From IMG/VR virus record IMGVR_UViG_3300046648_000324, positions 6,401-70,400 of that record: 64,000 nt of DNA; one strand, written 5' to 3'. Source of the DNA: a virus. Position 1 is the stretch's first letter; every line of letters begins with the position of its first letter. The translations under genes were made by a program, and so were the position numbers. Below are positions 63,444 to 64,000 of the stretch, piece after piece. Below the pieces are notes generated by a model that was not told the origin of the DNA, did no database searches, and was given only the letters and a program-made list of their open reading frames with translations.

Positions 63444-63758
63444 TTAGTTGGCTTGGGCCGGGAGCTGGACCCGCACGTTCTGGCCTCCGGCCATCGCCAG
63501 CGCCTTGGCCTTGGCCATCGCTTCCACGCGGTCGAGCTCGTCCTGCGTCGGCACGTACGCGGGGCGCGCTGGCTTGGCGGACTTGGCAGCGGGCCCATGC
63601 GCGCCGACCTTGGCGATGACCTCGAGCGCGGCCACTTGCGCGCGCAGCGCCTTGTTGGCCTCGTTCTTGGCATGCAGCGCGTGGCGCATGAACAGGTTGT
63701 GCTGCTCGCTCTGCTCGTAGGCGGCTTGGAACGCGTTGACGTACTTGGCTTTGGCCAT
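63444..63758 (-). CDS. Hypothetical protein
   Basis: GAGGAG RBS; MAKAKYVNAFQ... Confidence 0.65.
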   Translation of the reverse strand: MAKAKYVNAFQAAYEQSEQHNLFMRHALHAKNEANKALRAQVAALEVIAKVGAHGPAAKSAKPARPAYVPTQDELDRVEAMAKAKALAMAGGQNVRVQLPAQAN

Positions 63759-64000
63759 GGCACTGCTCCTCTGGTTGGCTGGGGGGATGAACACGCGCGC
63801 ACGCATGACGGCGGGCGCACGGTGTACCGCGCCCGCTGTGTGCACTGAGGCAAGGCACGCAGTACCCGGGGGGTGGGGGTCCGAAGAGACTCCTTATCGG
63901 CCCAGAGCGCAGCGAATCCGAAGTGGGGGTGGCCGCAGTCGCCGGGGTGAGGAGGGACCCAGACGAGCGTGGCTGAGCGTTTTTCAGAAAATTATTTTTC

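Larger units (their letters stand above)
61565..63837 (-). repeat. Dispersed intergenic element: GC hairpin followed by TCATGCCTGCGT (4 copies)
   Basis: ACGCAGGCATGA (+ strand) at 61565, 63041 and 63397 with a variant at 63797, each abutting a 10-13 bp stem with a GG(G/T)GT loop. Confidence 0.8.

Noticed and set aside
61565-63837. Hairpin repeats as a CRISPR array or integron attC sites
   Set aside because: Intervals are whole genes of variable length, stems differ between copies, there are no GTTRRRY/RYYYAAC ends, and no integrase is present
1-64000. tRNA, rRNA, IS elements, integrase, protelomerase
   Set aside because: None recognised by eye; tRNAscan-SE and profile searches would be needed to exclude them formally

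Overview
The window is most of the genome of a high-GC, probably podovirus-like tailed phage (likely betaproteobacterial host) that appears to be a temperate phage-plasmid. Positions 1-26.6 kb (+) hold the virion and lysis arm: scaffold, N4-gp56-like major capsid, adaptor and tail proteins, a GH108 endolysin with holins, a GH73-bearing internal protein and a 2673-aa polyvalent protein with ART-like and HExxH domains. Positions 26.6-31.2 kb hold a plasmid-maintenance island (RepL-like initiator, iteron-like origin, ParA plus ParG-like RHH). Positions 31-64 kb (mostly -) hold the replication and early arm: PolA, SNF2 helicase, Cas4-like nuclease, primase-helicase, an AAA/vWA/DUF3150-like set and dozens of small ORFs. 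Terminase, portal and any integrase are not in the window. The most unusual items are: (i) two stand-alone CapW/BrxR-like wHTH domains and a DNA-binding-less HigA-like protein clustered around rep/par, possibly decoys of host defence regulators; (ii) a family of phased TAC/GTAC boxes dispersed across the genome (candidate split centromere); (iii) a palindromic TCTA-N3-TAGATCG operator regulon; and (iv) a repeated intergenic hairpin plus TCATGCCTGCGT element in the early region. All family assignments come from motif recognition by eye; no database searches were run.
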